The notes beneath the pieces were generated by a model. That model saw only the letters and a list, made by a program, of their open reading frames with translations. It was not told where the DNA came from and searched no databases. 64,000 nt of DNA from contig MU057887.1 of NCBI GenBank assembly GCA_013265495.1, positions 1,003,985 through 1,067,984 of the forward strand. Direction: 5' to 3'. This stretch comes from Vicugna vicugna (taxonomy: Eukaryota). Each line of letters opens with the position of its first letter. The first letter of the stretch is position 1. Shown here piece after piece: positions 32,849 to 46,625 of the stretch. Made by a program: the position numbers and the translations under genes.

Positions 32849-35537
32849 TAGGGGAGCAATTCCACTCCAGGAGCTGGAGTCGCGCCCTCCCGGAGCCTGT
32901 GCTTTGTGCAGGGAAAGCAGGAGGGAGGGAGGCGAGGCGGCCCACAGGGTCACTCGGGGCCAGCAGAACAGCCCGGGCTCGGATCCTGGCCCTGCCGCTA
33001 ACTCCCACGTGACCTGGGCCTGCTCGGCCTTCCTCTGTGCAGGGGGCGCTGCACTGCAGCCCCTGGGTCTCTTCCCACGCGGAAACGAGAGGCGAGGTGC
33101 AGAGAGGCATCCCCCACACAGCTGCGGTCCTGGGCTGGGGCCGTCAGGCCCGGGGGCTGGGGGCCCGGCGTCCTGCTGAGGCCCCTGCCCCGGTGCTTCC
33201 GGTCTGCAGTGAGGCCACCGAGGCCCAGCCAGGAGCAGAGGCTTGGCTGACGTCACACAACGAGTCCGCGGCACAGACAGCTCCGCCGGGCCTGCCCTGC
33301 TCTTTCTGCACACCACCCGCACCCCAGATGCCACCAAGAGCGGGAGTCATGTGGGCCTCCTGCTGGGCCCACCTTCGGGGAGGTTGACCGCCCTCTGTCT
33401 CCCAGGCCCGGGGTAGGGGGCACCTGATGAGGCCTCTGTGGGTCCTGTTCTGCTGACAATTTCAAGTCTGTGTCCCTTCCTCCACTGGGGAGGTCCGGGG
33501 GCTGCTGGGTGACGCTGGCTCCTGTGGCCTCAGCCACCCAGTGCAGGGCCGTGGGGGAGAGAGGTGAGTCACCCCTGGGGACACCGCCCTGCTCAATCCC
33601 ACCTCTCTCAGCTGCCCCGGGGCAGGTCCCACCTGCAGAGGAGCCCGGCCAGGGGCCTGGGAAGAGGGGTTTGGCTTCGCACGGGGCCAGGAGAGGCCCC
33701 CGCCGCCCTTCGCACCCGCCAGCTTGACGCTTCCTCCTGGCCGCAGCACAGGAAGGCGGGCAGCCTCGAGCTCTCTGCTCTGTGGCCGGAAAAGCCTCGT
33801 GTTCCAGGAATATGCAGCTCAGCAGGTCGGAGGGAGTGTGTAGTGTGGTTCCCAGAGGCCACTGTGCTGGGGGCCTCCCTTGCAGCCCAGGGTGCGTCCA
33901 CTCCCCGGCTGCAGTTCCCCGCAGTGGTCACAGGCCGAGCTCCGGGGCTGCACCATTCAAGGACAGGAGACTAGTGAGCGTCAGGGGTCCCCCAGCTGCC
34001 CCAGAGCGAGGCTGCCAAGCACCCCGGCCTGCATCCTCTGCCCGCTCGGCCCCGTGGCCCCCATCTGGCAGCATCAGGCCTGCAGGCCTGGGAGGCCGCG
34101 GGCAGCCATCTTCCAGGCAAACTGGGGCCCAGCCAGCAGCGTTTCCCCACGGCCTCCTCCCTCGCTCCGAGCGGCATTACCTCATCGGGAAGCCATTCCG
34201 GAAAGGAGCTGCAGAGCCCCTGGGAGTGGGAGTGGAGAGGCTCTTTCCAAGGGCCCTCCTGGCAGCCTCCAGTGCCAGGCCAGGGCAGGCGTCACGCCTC
34301 CGGGCGTCTGCCTGCCGAGCCGCCGCTGGGAGGGCAGCTGGCTTTCGTCAGCTTCTCGGGGCGACCAGGCCAGGCTGGAGCAGCCCGGCAGGGGGCACTG
34401 GCCCTGGCCGGCTGGCTACCCGGCGGGCCGAGGGTTGCTTTCAGGAACCGCAACCGAATGGCTGGACAGGAGGCGAAGCTGGACCCAGGCTAATAGCAGA
34501 GGCCAAACCCTCCCCTTTTCTGAGCCTCGGTTTCCCTTCCACCCAGCACCCCTCCCCCGCGTCCTTGCCCTCCCCCTGTGGCCACGAGGGGCCCTGGACA
34601 CAAGTGAGCACGTGACTGCTCCCGGCTGCCCGCTGATCTAAACCAGAGGCCCTGGCTGCCTACAGCTGGCCCCAAGTGGGCCTCCCTGGGCCATGTGGTC
34701 AAGACTGAGAGAGGTGGGAGCTGCGGGGGCAGCTGGGGTGCTGGGGAGATAGGAGGAGCTTCCTGCCCTGCCTGGGGTGGGTCCAGAGGGATGAGGGTTC
34801 AGGGCAGCCGAGAGGACCTCCCAACCCGGGTCCCAGCCCTCCCACCCAACTCGGATTCCAGAGAAACCTCTCAGAGCTTCAGTTTTCTCATCTGTAAAAG
34901 GGGGCTAACCATGCCCACCCACCCACCCACCCCAGAGAATGCTTGGAAAGACTCTTGAAACCATGTAGAAGAGAGAACAGGAGACACAGGCAGACAGGCT
35001 TTTATGGGGGGGGCCTGTGGGCAGGCACCAACACCAGCTCCTGCTGGGCCAGCTTCCAGTCTTCACACTGTTGGGGCCAGAAGTGTCCTCCTAAGACACA
35101 GCTCTGTTTGGTGCACGACTGTACTAAAAGCTCCTTGCCCCAGGGTAAGTGAAACGCTGTCCTCCAGCCACACCTGAATGTGCAGGTGCCCACGCCTACC
35201 GTTCCTTCTTTCAAATTCTGTCTAGAGAACTCCTACTCACCCTGCAAAACTCCAGATGAGATGCCCTTCCTCAGAAACGTCTCACAGGATTGCTCTGAGA
35301 ACCAAAAAAGAATGTCTGTGTATGAACACACGGATGAGGTAAGGGAGGCTCACACTCATGGCTGTCCTCATTACTAAGTAGAAAGAGGTCACAACCAAGG
35401 GCACATGTGTGATCAGGAAGGCTACTAGGGGTAGGAGTTAGCAGGAAGTTTTCTCTGGCTTGGGATTCAAGCCCAGCCTTGACAGATGGTAGAGTTTTCA
35501 GAGAAGAGGAAGAAATTGGCAGCTAGGAATAGGCAGT

Positions 35538-36084
35538 TGTGGAGCAGTTTTAAATATGGCTACAAATTCTTTGGTTCTCCTCCTTTGAGAGGTGGGGCCT
35601 GTGTCCTTTCCTTTTGACTCTGGGCAGGCTTGTGACTCCTTCAGTCAGCAGAGGGTAGGGTACCCAGCAGGGCTGCTGGGTAAGTTCTGAGGCTGGATCA
35701 TAAAAGGCTACACAGCTTCTGCCCTGGGCCCCGAGTTACCACGTAAGAAGAGAGTTCAACTCCCCGGAGACCCCGGCTGCGAGAGAGCCCAAGCCACAGC
35801 CAGGTGTGTTGGCTGACAGTTCCAGCCTTCGACTTGTCCCAGTGCAGGCACCAGACGTGTGAGTGAAGAAGTCATTTCAAAAGCATCTCCCCCAGCCTCC
35901 AGTCTTCCAGCCCCAGCCATTTGGCCCTAGGCCGGCACCAGACATCACAGAGCAGAGCAGAGTTGTCCCCACTGGGCCCTTTCAGAATACCTGACTCACA
36001 GAATTCGTGAGCACAATAAAATGGCTGGAGTTTTTTGTTGCTGTTTAGGGGTGGTTTGTTACACAGCACTAGCTGACTTAGAAC
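35538..36084 (+). mobile_element. MaLR solo LTR (MLT1E/F-like)
   Basis: tgtgg...aatatggctacaaattcttt...ctcctttgagaggtgggg...gaattcgtgagcacaataaaatgg...ggggtggtttgttacacagca...gaac. Confidence 0.8.
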
Positions 36085-36754
36085 CCAGTGAGATGCTCAG
36101 AACGTTTTGACCCTTAAAGCCAGCCACATGACCCCAGGAAGCAAGATTGTGCTAAATTGGAATTCAGTTCCAGGAACAGATTCTCTCCAAATGTCCCAAA
36201 TGCCCTTGGTGCTCCTCAACCCAGCCTGATTGGTAGCCAGTGCCTGGGGAAGTCTCATTGAACAAATGTTCAGGCTCACTGCAGCCTCTCTAAATCTGGA
36301 CAGGGAGCTTCTCTCCTCAGAACTCCCGAGGGCCTTAGCAGCTTAGATAACTCTGGGGAGTTATCCAGGTTCTGTGTGGCATGTTTGTCCTCCTGTGCCT
36401 CAGTTTCCCCACCCCAGAATAGGGCACTGAACTCACAAGCTCTGTGGTCCCGCTGAGCTCCCAGGTCTGCCCGACATGAGGCACAACATGTTTGTCTCCC
36501 CACAAGTCCCTTACCCACCTGACTCTGCCTCCCATGAAGGCAGGGATCATGACTGTAACCTCACCATTACGAGCTCAGCACCATTACGTCACGAAGCCCA
36601 AATGTGGGTACCACCAGTGTTTACTGCATGAATGAATGAATCATTGAATTAATGAACAAAAGAATCCTTCCTGTGCTCATTCATTCCATCAATCGATTTC
36701 CCACACTCACAACCAGGATTCCCTCATAGCAGCTCTACAAGTCTATTCTCGCAA

Positions 36755-36840
36755 GCCTCGTGTGATGGGGAACTCACCACCTTTCGAGATAGCCTGTTTC
36801 ATGTTGAGGCAGCTCTGATCAGAGAGCATTTCCCTGAGCC
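36755..36840. mobile_element. CR1/L3-like relic
   Basis: gatggggaactcaccacct...agcctgtttcatgttgaggcagctctgatc. Confidence 0.5.
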
Positions 36841-37599
36841 GGTCTCCTTCCTGGGCCTCAGGGGAGAGTGGCTGGAGGAGGGGGGAGAGGGGCACGTGGC
36901 AGAGAAAGGAGCCCTCGGGACCCAAGGTCCTTGGAACTCCCATCTGATGAGTGCTGGGAGCAGGTGAGGGGAACCCAGAGCTCCAGAACCCCCTTAGTTG
37001 TCTCTGCACCAGCCCAGCTGAGGTCCCAGGGTGGGCGGGGCCAGGGCGGTGAGTGCCCAGATCCCAGCTGGGGCAGGGCCAGCACACCAGGAGGTCTGCC
37101 GAGACTAAGAAAGCAACTGGGCAGAGAGAAGAGCTGGGGCGGGACAGGTGGTCTGTGTTGTCTCCGTGGCTTCAGTGCCTCCGCCTGCCCGGCCTGGCCT
37201 GGGAAAACAAGCTGGGCACTGAGCGTGCGGCACTTTGACCACGGGGACAAAGGCTGGCTGTTAGGAGCCCACGGCAGCCAACCGGGCCTGGCTGGCAGAA
37301 CATCGGTTTAGACCAGGCCAGTCAGGCTGAGCTGCCAGCCCCACGGCCTGCCCCTCGGGCCCCTGGGGAGAGAGCTGGGGCTGGGGGCCAGGGTGGGGGT
37401 GGTGAGGAGGGCCCCGGGCAGGCACCCCTCCCCCAACCCTGCACGCCGGGTGCACAGCTCCCTGGCCCAGCCTCTCAGGAGACTGAGATCTGCAGAAGCT
37501 CCTTGGGTAAAGGAATAGGACTTCCCCCTCCATCTCTGTCTGGGTGAGGAGCCAAGTGACCAGTGCATCAGCGGCAGCATACTGGTGGGCTTCCCGCCC

Positions 37600-37965
37600 C
37601 AGTGAGGGGCACCCCCACACAGTACATCTTTGCTCTCTGTGGACAGACGCTATCTCTGGCCCCAAGCTGGACAAACCTGAAGTACCAGGGTGCCCAGAAG
37701 CAGCCCCTCCTCAAGGATGGGTGGAGCAGGCGAGCAACTGCCCCTCGATCAAGGCCACCTGGAGCTGCGCAGACTCCCAGTACTCCCGGGGGCAGAGGGC
37801 TGAGCCCTGGCGGCCTCGGAGGTGACTTGCTTGATGACACACACTATATTGGCTGTGTCCCCTCCCTGCCACACTTCATACCCTCCTCATGTCTCCTAGG
37901 GTCCCCTCCCAAGTAAGCCAGGCTCACAAGGACGGATGCTTCAGGGTCTGCTTCTGGGAAGATGC
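37600..37965 (+). mobile_element. LTR16-like ERVL LTR relic
   Basis: ggtgacttgcttgatgacacac...attggctg...cctcccaagtaagcc...tcagggtctgcttctgggaa. Confidence 0.5.
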
Positions 37966-40900
37966 AGAGGGAACCAGGCGCCACAGAGGGTCTCTGCCAG
38001 TGTTTCAGTCACAGGAGCTTCCCCGTCCTGGAGCTCAGAGAACCAGTAGGTGGGTGCTATGTCATCTCAATAACTATGGCCCTCAGGGGAGCAGGAAGCC
38101 TCCCTGAGGAGGGACACCAAGGCCAGAATGACCCGGAAGGCATGAACCGAGCCATGCAGGGCTGCACCCTGAGGGAAAAGGCCTTTGGGTTTGAGGGGAT
38201 GGGGGATGGGCCCTGACGAGGGGTCTGCCCAAAGAGCAGCTCTCAGGCCTGCAGAAGCCCCTGATTGACGCCTCATCTGCACTTCCACTGGGGGTGATGG
38301 GGTTCCCTGCACCCCTGGCCTGCCCTTTCCCCACTGAGGGCTGTGCCACCTGCCTGTCTGGCTCTTACTCTCACAGCTGTGTGGCAGTGGGGGCTCCCAG
38401 GAAGCCACGTGGGGCAGGTTTCAGGGAGCAGGATGTCAGTTACAGATGGCCCGGGTTCACCACTGTGTCCAGGAGGAGAAGGATGCGTTTTGGATAGAGG
38501 CCTGACCCTGCGGAAGCTCTGGAACTAGAAAGGACCCCCGAGCTGGCCTGAGTTGGGAGGAATCAACCAGGCCCTATCCTCTCGCCTGCGTCCATCATTG
38601 GAGGCCATGACCTTGGGCCAGGCAGGTCTTCACATGGTGAGGCCAATCCTGAAGAGGCTGGGACCAAAGGCTGTGTGCAGGGGATGGGGAGACCTTTGGG
38701 ACTGGGGGGAGGGGAGGCTCAGAGCACCCACAGGCAGGTGCTGCCTTGGCGCCTCTGTCCTGTTTAGCTGCCCCTGGCTGTCCCACTGGCCCCTCATCCT
38801 CAGCCTCCCCCAGCTAAGCTCCTCCTGCCTCCTGCTGTGGGTCTGGGAGAAGCCACACTTCCACGGTGCCAGCCTGGCCCTCACCACCCCTTCCCACCTC
38901 TCCACCCACCTCCTTACCTGGGGCCTGACCTCATAGGCCCCAGGCTCCACACCCCAGATCTTTCCAGGCGCAGTCCCCTGCCCTGCGTTCCCCCCACGCG
39001 CACCCTCACTTCAGCCGCCCACAGGGCCTGGAGAGCTTGAGCGTGCCCTCCACTCACCTGCACCTTTGCCACCTGAAACCCTTCCCCGCCCTCCGCCTGA
39101 GTCACCTGTTTGCCCTCTGCTGAGGTCTTAGGGCCCCCCGGCCCCCGGCCCCACCTCAGGATTCTCAGCCTCTTTCCGGCTTTGTGGCTGCGCAGGCGTG
39201 CCCCCGTGGCCCCGGGGCCAGGCGCCGTGTCTGCCTCCTTCGAGCAGCCAGCAGCGTCCTGGGGCCCAGCATGGGGCCTGGGGCCCCGCAGGCCCTCAGT
39301 GGACATGTGAAAAGTAAAAAGGGACCAACGAATGAAGGCGTGAGTGAGTGAGTGACATCCGGGTGACCGTGAACAAGCTCTACCACCTCGAGGATGGTGA
39401 AGGATGAGGGGCCAGCCCTGAGCGCAGAGGCCGTGGGACCAGCTCTGAACTCTGGGAGGAGGAGAGAAGCCACCCTTCACTCGGGACCAAGAAACACTCT
39501 GGAACATTCCCCAGAAAGGACACTCGGGGCAGGCAGATCCCACGAGACCCCCGTCATCACCCCAGTGGCAGCCCTGCTGAGTCAGGGCCTGAGTCAGCCT
39601 CCACCCCCGACAGGCTCCCTCGGGGACCTGCCGGGATCTGCGTTTGTTCCCAGCATCCAGCGCTGGCCGAGACCTGCAGCCCCGGACGCCCGGAGCCCGC
39701 GCCGCGGCGCCGCGGAGCTCTGTGTTGGAACTTGCAGGTTTCCGAACTCAGACCTCCTTCCAGCTGCCTTCCCACGGAGCTGCCGCAGCCCATCAGGTTG
39801 CCCCAGGGATAAGTCAGCGTCCCAGGTGCTGGGGCGGGTTGGCCGGGTGGTAAAAAGCAGTCCCCTGACCTGGGGCAAGCCGCTGCCTCACCCACCTGCG
39901 TCTCGGTGGCATTCCCCGGCCGTCCTGCCATCAACCCACTATGTATGAGTCCACACCCTTCCCTCCACGTCCCCACCTGATCATCCAGGCCCCGGCCCGT
40001 TCCCTCTGCCCCCTTGGCAATGGCCTTCTATCTCTGCTGCACCTTCCACTGCTCCCTTCCCTCCAGCATGCGACACATGCAGGTCTCTCCTTCTTCAGGT
40101 TAAAAGCACCCTTGACGCCACACCCACCTCCCTGCCACCACCACCCCAACACATCGCCCAACGCTCCTCAGCCCCATCGGCGGGTGCTATCGCCACCCTC
40201 CACTGAAAAGGCTCCTAGAGGGTCAGCGAGGAGTTCCATCTTGCCAAAGCCAAGGTCCCCTCAAGTCCATCTCGCGGCGGGTGATGCAACCAACCCACCT
40301 CCCTCTGGAAGCTCTTGTCCTCAGGCCTGCTGGCTCCCTGACCTCCCTGGGTGCTCCTTCTCTGCGCTGTGGCCGATCGGTCTTCTGGTCAACCTTAACC
40401 ACTCCCAGACTTCAATGACCAAAACACACTGAGGCTTCCCAAGTCCACATCTCCAGGCCTGCCCCAGCCCCCAGTCTCCTCCGATGTTTCTGCAGTGCCA
40501 GCTGAGGGCTGATGGAGGAGAGGGCTGAGTGAGTGCCAGTGAGGCCTGGCCCACAAGGTCTCCAACACCAGGAGATACCGACGTGCACACAGGCGACCCT
40601 GTCTGACACCTGTCCACGCGTGAGCACGCCTTCCCACCTCCGGCCTCCTGTGGTTCCACACTCACCCCCACGGCAGAAGAAACTGGTTGCCCTCCTGGGA
40701 TCTCCATGGCCTCCCTGGATGTCCTGTCCTGCCCTATCAGGGCTTCCTGGAGCTGGCCCGGGCACCAGCCGTTCCTGGACCGGGAGCCACCCCCGTGACT
40801 TCTGACCTCTGAGTCACTCTGTGGCATGAGGAATCTGAACTTCCTCAGGCTCCAGGGCTGAGACAAGACGCCAGCCCCAGAGGTGTCACTCTCAGACCTC

Positions 40901-41779
40901 AGGCAGATGCTCCAAGTCACATGGACTTCCCAGTGTATCATCTCTGCTACCACCTAGATCTGAGCCACTGTCACCCCTCACCTGGGCTACTGCCAGTGTC
41001 CTCTCCAGCGCATCCTCCCCATCCCCAGCTGCAAGAGAATCCTTCTAAGATATTCAGACCTCACAGGTAAGTCTGCCCCCGGCCAGCCTCTCCCACTCCC
41101 AGACCCCTCTCCCCAGCAATGACCAGCCTTTCAGGCCAGTGGAAATCTGCTGTGAGTGAAAAATGATGAATTGCTGTCATAAGTTTACTTTCTCTGATTA
41201 CTCTGACGTTACTTCTCTGTTTAACAACTTTGCTCATTTTTAATTGGATTTATGTCTTTCTTTTTTTTACGCAGAGGAGCCTTTTTCTACTTAAATGTCA
41301 CATAATATGAATTCAGATTCTTGCAGACAAAAGATAATTTTTAAAGAGGTTAAAGCATGATTCTCATATGAACAGAAAAATGAACACATCTAAGATTTTA
41401 CTTAACTCACTAATTAATAAGGGAACCAGTAAGATGTGAAAAACAGTTGAAAGGAGAATTTGAAGGACAGACATATGTGTAGGCAATCAGAAATGCTGAA
41501 ATGAATTTGCTAATAGGTGCAAAACTGGTTAATATCCTATAGGGCAACAAAGTGTACTGTTTGGATTTTTCTTTATTATGAAATAGAATTCACTTATATC
41601 TCTACTGGAAAAATTCATTTGCATTGTTACGGATAAGAATCATATGCCTTATAATCAATTTTCTACAGCTTGACTTCTACTCTGACAGAGTTGGTACTTG
41701 TCAAGCTTTCCAAGTCCTTTTTGTAATATAGACTACTTTTGTAATCTTTGTATAATTATGTAAAAACTAGTAGTATAGT

Positions 41780-42950
<1,171 letters not shown>

Positions 42951-43059
42951 GAGTTGATTCAAGAAAAGTCAGCAGGGGCCAGAGCATGCAAGGAATCGCA
43001 GATGTGGGAGGGCCAAGGTCAGTCCCAATCAGAACTTTCACATTGTCATTTCCTCTGCC

Positions 43060-43362
43060 CAGAACAGTTTTCCTCTTTGTTCTCCTCACTAAATCCTTCT
43101 TGTGCTAGACTTGGCTTCTCTTGGATACAGAATCACCCCCTTAGGGAAGTCTCCCCAAGCAGCCTGACCAGGTTAAGACCCCTTGTTAAACACATTTATA
43201 AGTACGTTCTACAACTGCAGTAATTATGAACTTGTTTGTGTTCTCTCTTCTTTCATGTCTATCTCCCCAACTACACTGGAAGGGAGATGAGAGCAAGGCT
43301 GTGCAGTATGCTGTTCCCACGTGCCTGGCACACAGAGAAGCTCCAAAAATATTTGTTTAATG
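43060..43362 (+). mobile_element. L2 3' fragment
   Basis: tctatctccccaactacactggaag...gagagcaaggc...gtgcctggcacacagagaagctccaaaaatatttgtttaatg. Confidence 0.65.
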
Positions 43363-43479
43363 GAGGAACGTTGCCCACTTTGCCTCCAGGACGTTTTCCC
43401 AATTTGCTGTCTCACCAGCCATACATAAGACTGTTCGTTCCCTGAACTCTCCCTGGTACTCGCAATTTTTTCTAAGTAC

Positions 43480-44150
43480 TTCCTTTAATCTTGCATAAGC
43501 TTTTCCTATCTAATAGTTGAAATGTTTATCTTAGGTTAATTACATCTTTTGAAATTAAACCACTGAAAATATACACTTTCTTTTCTGTAAGTTTTCTTCC
43601 CATATCCATTGCAGATATTTCGTCTTGTTGATTTGCAAGGGGACTTTTTATGTTGAGTTAGAATGATTTTGTCTGGTACATATTTTTCCCAGTTAGTTGT
43701 CTGCCTTTCGACTCTGCTTATACTGTTTTTTTCCCCACGTGAAAATTTTTATTTTTATATAGAAAAAATCTTCATTACTTCCTTTATAGCTCCTGATGTG
43801 GGTGTCATTGCTTAGGAAGGTTTTTATCCACCTCAAAATTATACAAATAAATATATTTCCTCCCAGTGTATTTGTGGTTTCACTGTTTTAGCTTACGATT
43901 CTTAATCCATCTCAAGTTTATTTTGGTGCAAAAAGAGAGACTTGGGTCTACCATCAGGTCATTTTTCAGAATGGTTGCCAATTGCTCCAGCCCTAATTTT
44001 TTTAAAAAGTTTACCTAAACAGAGAAACTTGTATCCCCTACTTTCATCTCTTTCTAGATTTTCTATTCTTTTTATTGATCCACTCAGCCCAGTGATAATC
44101 CTATACTTTTTTGAAAATGATTGCTTTATAATACATTTTATACATACTAA
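43480..44150 (-). mobile_element. Ancient L1 (L1ME-like) ORF2 relic
   Basis: AT-rich; ttgttgatttg...tttcctttatagc...gcttaggaagg...ttaatccatct...tttattttggtg. Confidence 0.55.
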
Positions 44151-44429
44151 ATTCCACTTGGAAGGCAGTTACACTCACTACCATACCACCAATGCACATT
44201 ATTAAATTCCACTTGAAAATTTTTTGCTTTATTTATTCTACTAATATTTGTTGAATTCCTATTTTGAGTCCAATATTGTTCTAGGCACTGGAAACACAGC
44301 AATGACCAGCACGGATGAGAATTCTGTTTTCGTGGGACTTTCCTTCTGTTCAGACACTCATTGTTCATCCACTCAGAATCTCATGAGCAGTAAGCGGCAA
44401 GTACTTTCAGTGCCAGAGGGTGGGAGATA

Positions 44430-45071
44430 AACTCAGATACATGGTACTGAGTTTCCAATATTAAGAATACATTGGCCCAGGAACCAAGAGGAATACATGG
44501 GTCCAAGAAGCGGGACTGGCTCCTTTGCCATCCCCACAACCTTAGACTTGTCAAATGTGGGGTCCTGGCTCCCACAAGGAGATTCTTCCATCAGAAGGCA
44601 AACTAAAGATTCTACAGATCTTGAGATCTCAACACCATACTAGCAGGAGGAGCTAGGTTTGGGGACAGGCAGGAGTGTTTGTCAGAACTAGAGAATTCAC
44701 TGGAAGCAATGTCTCTTGTTGCATCCAAGATGGTGAGAACAGTGAGGAATCCACAGCAGCCACCACGGGCCAGCAAGGGCGATGCCACAAAGGGCTTGGC
44801 TCCCTCAGTGATGAAGGTCTAGGTGCCCTCACCAGCCAGGCAACCTGGGCCAGGTGAGATGCACAGCTAGAATCTGTGAAGCAGGGTGGAACTGGTGGGT
44901 AACAGTCAAGGCTTCAGACCAGCTGCACTGGTGGAAGCTATCTCTTGCTCTGCTAATAATACTATTTTTAAAACTTAGAGAGTTTGCTGCTGGCCATGAA
45001 CTTGAAGAGAACTCTGGCAGATTCAACTTTTTCAAAGGCACAAGCAGATATGAGCGTTGCGAGGGGCGGAC
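44430..45071 (+). mobile_element. ERVL-class internal fragment ending in a polypurine tract
   Basis: tacatgggtccaagaag...ggtcctggctcccac...ttccatcagaagg...tccctcagtgatgaaggtctaggt...caccagccaggcaa; ends gaggggcggac immediately before a TGT LTR start. Confidence 0.65.
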
Positions 45072-45606
45072 TGTATTGACACCTCGAAGACACCATCTCA
45101 GAGTCCTCTCAGTCCCGCCTCTTACTCCAGCCACTGCCACTGTAGCCGGTTTGACAGTGGCTCCGCCAGCTTTGGACTGGTGCAACCAGACAGCACCTTA
45201 CCTTGGGCGCACGCTGGATAGCTCTTGCTGCCTGCTCTGGTGCTCCTCTGAGCATGTGATTTAGGGCACGGGGTCAACCCACTCTGCACTCACACTCACC
45301 CAGCCCAGAAGTGGGGGGCGTCAACATTCCCGGAGCCATCCTGGACCAACGGCGGACCATCCTGCACCAATGGTGAGCAGGATCTGGTGAATAAGAGCTT
45401 CCACCTTTATCCCCTGGGTTGACAGATCTGAAGTGTATTTCAGGACTACCCCCGAATTCCCTAGGATCAAGTACCCTCCCCCGTAGCAGTGATGGACCTG
45501 ATAAAGCGTCCTTTCTTGGTTTCCCCTAGGATCTCCTTCCCAACTGAGCTGCCAGCAGGCAAGGCTTTATCTCAGATTCTGTTTTCAAGGAAACTGAATT
45601 AAGGCA
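45072..45606 (+). mobile_element. LTR16-like 3' LTR
   Basis: Begins TGTA right after the PPT-like gaggggcggac and ends ...tctcagattctgttttcaaggaaactgaattaaggCA. Confidence 0.65.
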
Positions 45607-45749
45607 TGCCATGGCTGACAGACAAATGTCAAAAAATAACCTCAAACTTGAATAAACACAAGTGCTGTGAAGGAGTAACACAGTGTGGTGAGATGGAGTT
45701 GTGACTCTAGAGTTCTGCCAAGCCACAGGGCACTATCTAATCTACAACT

Positions 45750-45905
45750 GAATTAATTTAAATGGAATAAGATTTAAAATGCAGCTTTGCAGTAGCTCTC
45801 ACCACGGTTGAAGAACTCAACGGTCACATGTGGCTAGTGGCTACTGTATCGGGCAGTTCAGATGTAGAACATTTGGGCCATCACGGAAAGTGCTATTGGA
45901 CACTG
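45750..45905 (+). mobile_element. MER3-like hAT-Charlie MITE
   Basis: ctcaacggtcacatgtggctagtggctactgtat...tagaacattt...catcacggaaagtgctattggaca. Confidence 0.75.
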
Positions 45906-46474
45906 TTTCTCTAGATGATTTGCCCGATACCTGCTGCTCTGTACTGTACTGCAAGTATGAAAATGTTCGGTTTTACCCTTTATTTCCAGCAACCAGCACA
46001 GGGACTGGCACAGAATCAGAGAGAGGGTTGAGAGAGAGAGAGGAAGGGAGGGAGGGAGGGAGGGAGACCAGCTTAGCAGTGGACACAGAGGGTGATTCCT
46101 GCCATCATTTGGGACCAAAGCCTTCCTCTGCCACCTCCCTCGTGGCCCTCATGCCACTCAGTGAAGCTGCCAGCTTCAGTGTCTGAGTCAGTTTGTCCCT
46201 TAGGGCCTGAATCCCTTCTCCCGACGACGGGCTGGGACGGGACAGCACTGCCCAGCAGGCTTTGCCTGGATGCTGACAATGGGTGTTGGAACTCAGACCC
46301 CACCCCTTCCCTCCAGCTCCCAGCTCATCCCACAAGGAGCCGTTTGGGACCTCAGGCCTGGGGACCAGAAGGAATGGGGAAGAAAGGACAAAACTGACAG
46401 GGTTCCATGTTAGGACATGTGCAGGACAGAGAGAGAGAGAGCAAGAGAGGATGTTGAGCATCAAATAAACGCAG

Positions 46475-46625
46475 GCATTGACTGAGCTCTTACCATGTGC
46501 CAGGCAGGCACCAAACTACGGATGTGATCTGATTCCACAGAGGAGGAAACTGAGGTCCAGGAAGGTGAAGCAGCCTGTCTTGGGGCACAGGACCACCAAG
46601 CAGTGAGCCAGGGTCAAGTCCAGGC
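46475..46625 (-). mobile_element. MIR SINE relic
   Basis: cattgactgagctcttaccatgtgccaggca...acagaggaggaaactgaggtccag. Confidence 0.65.
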
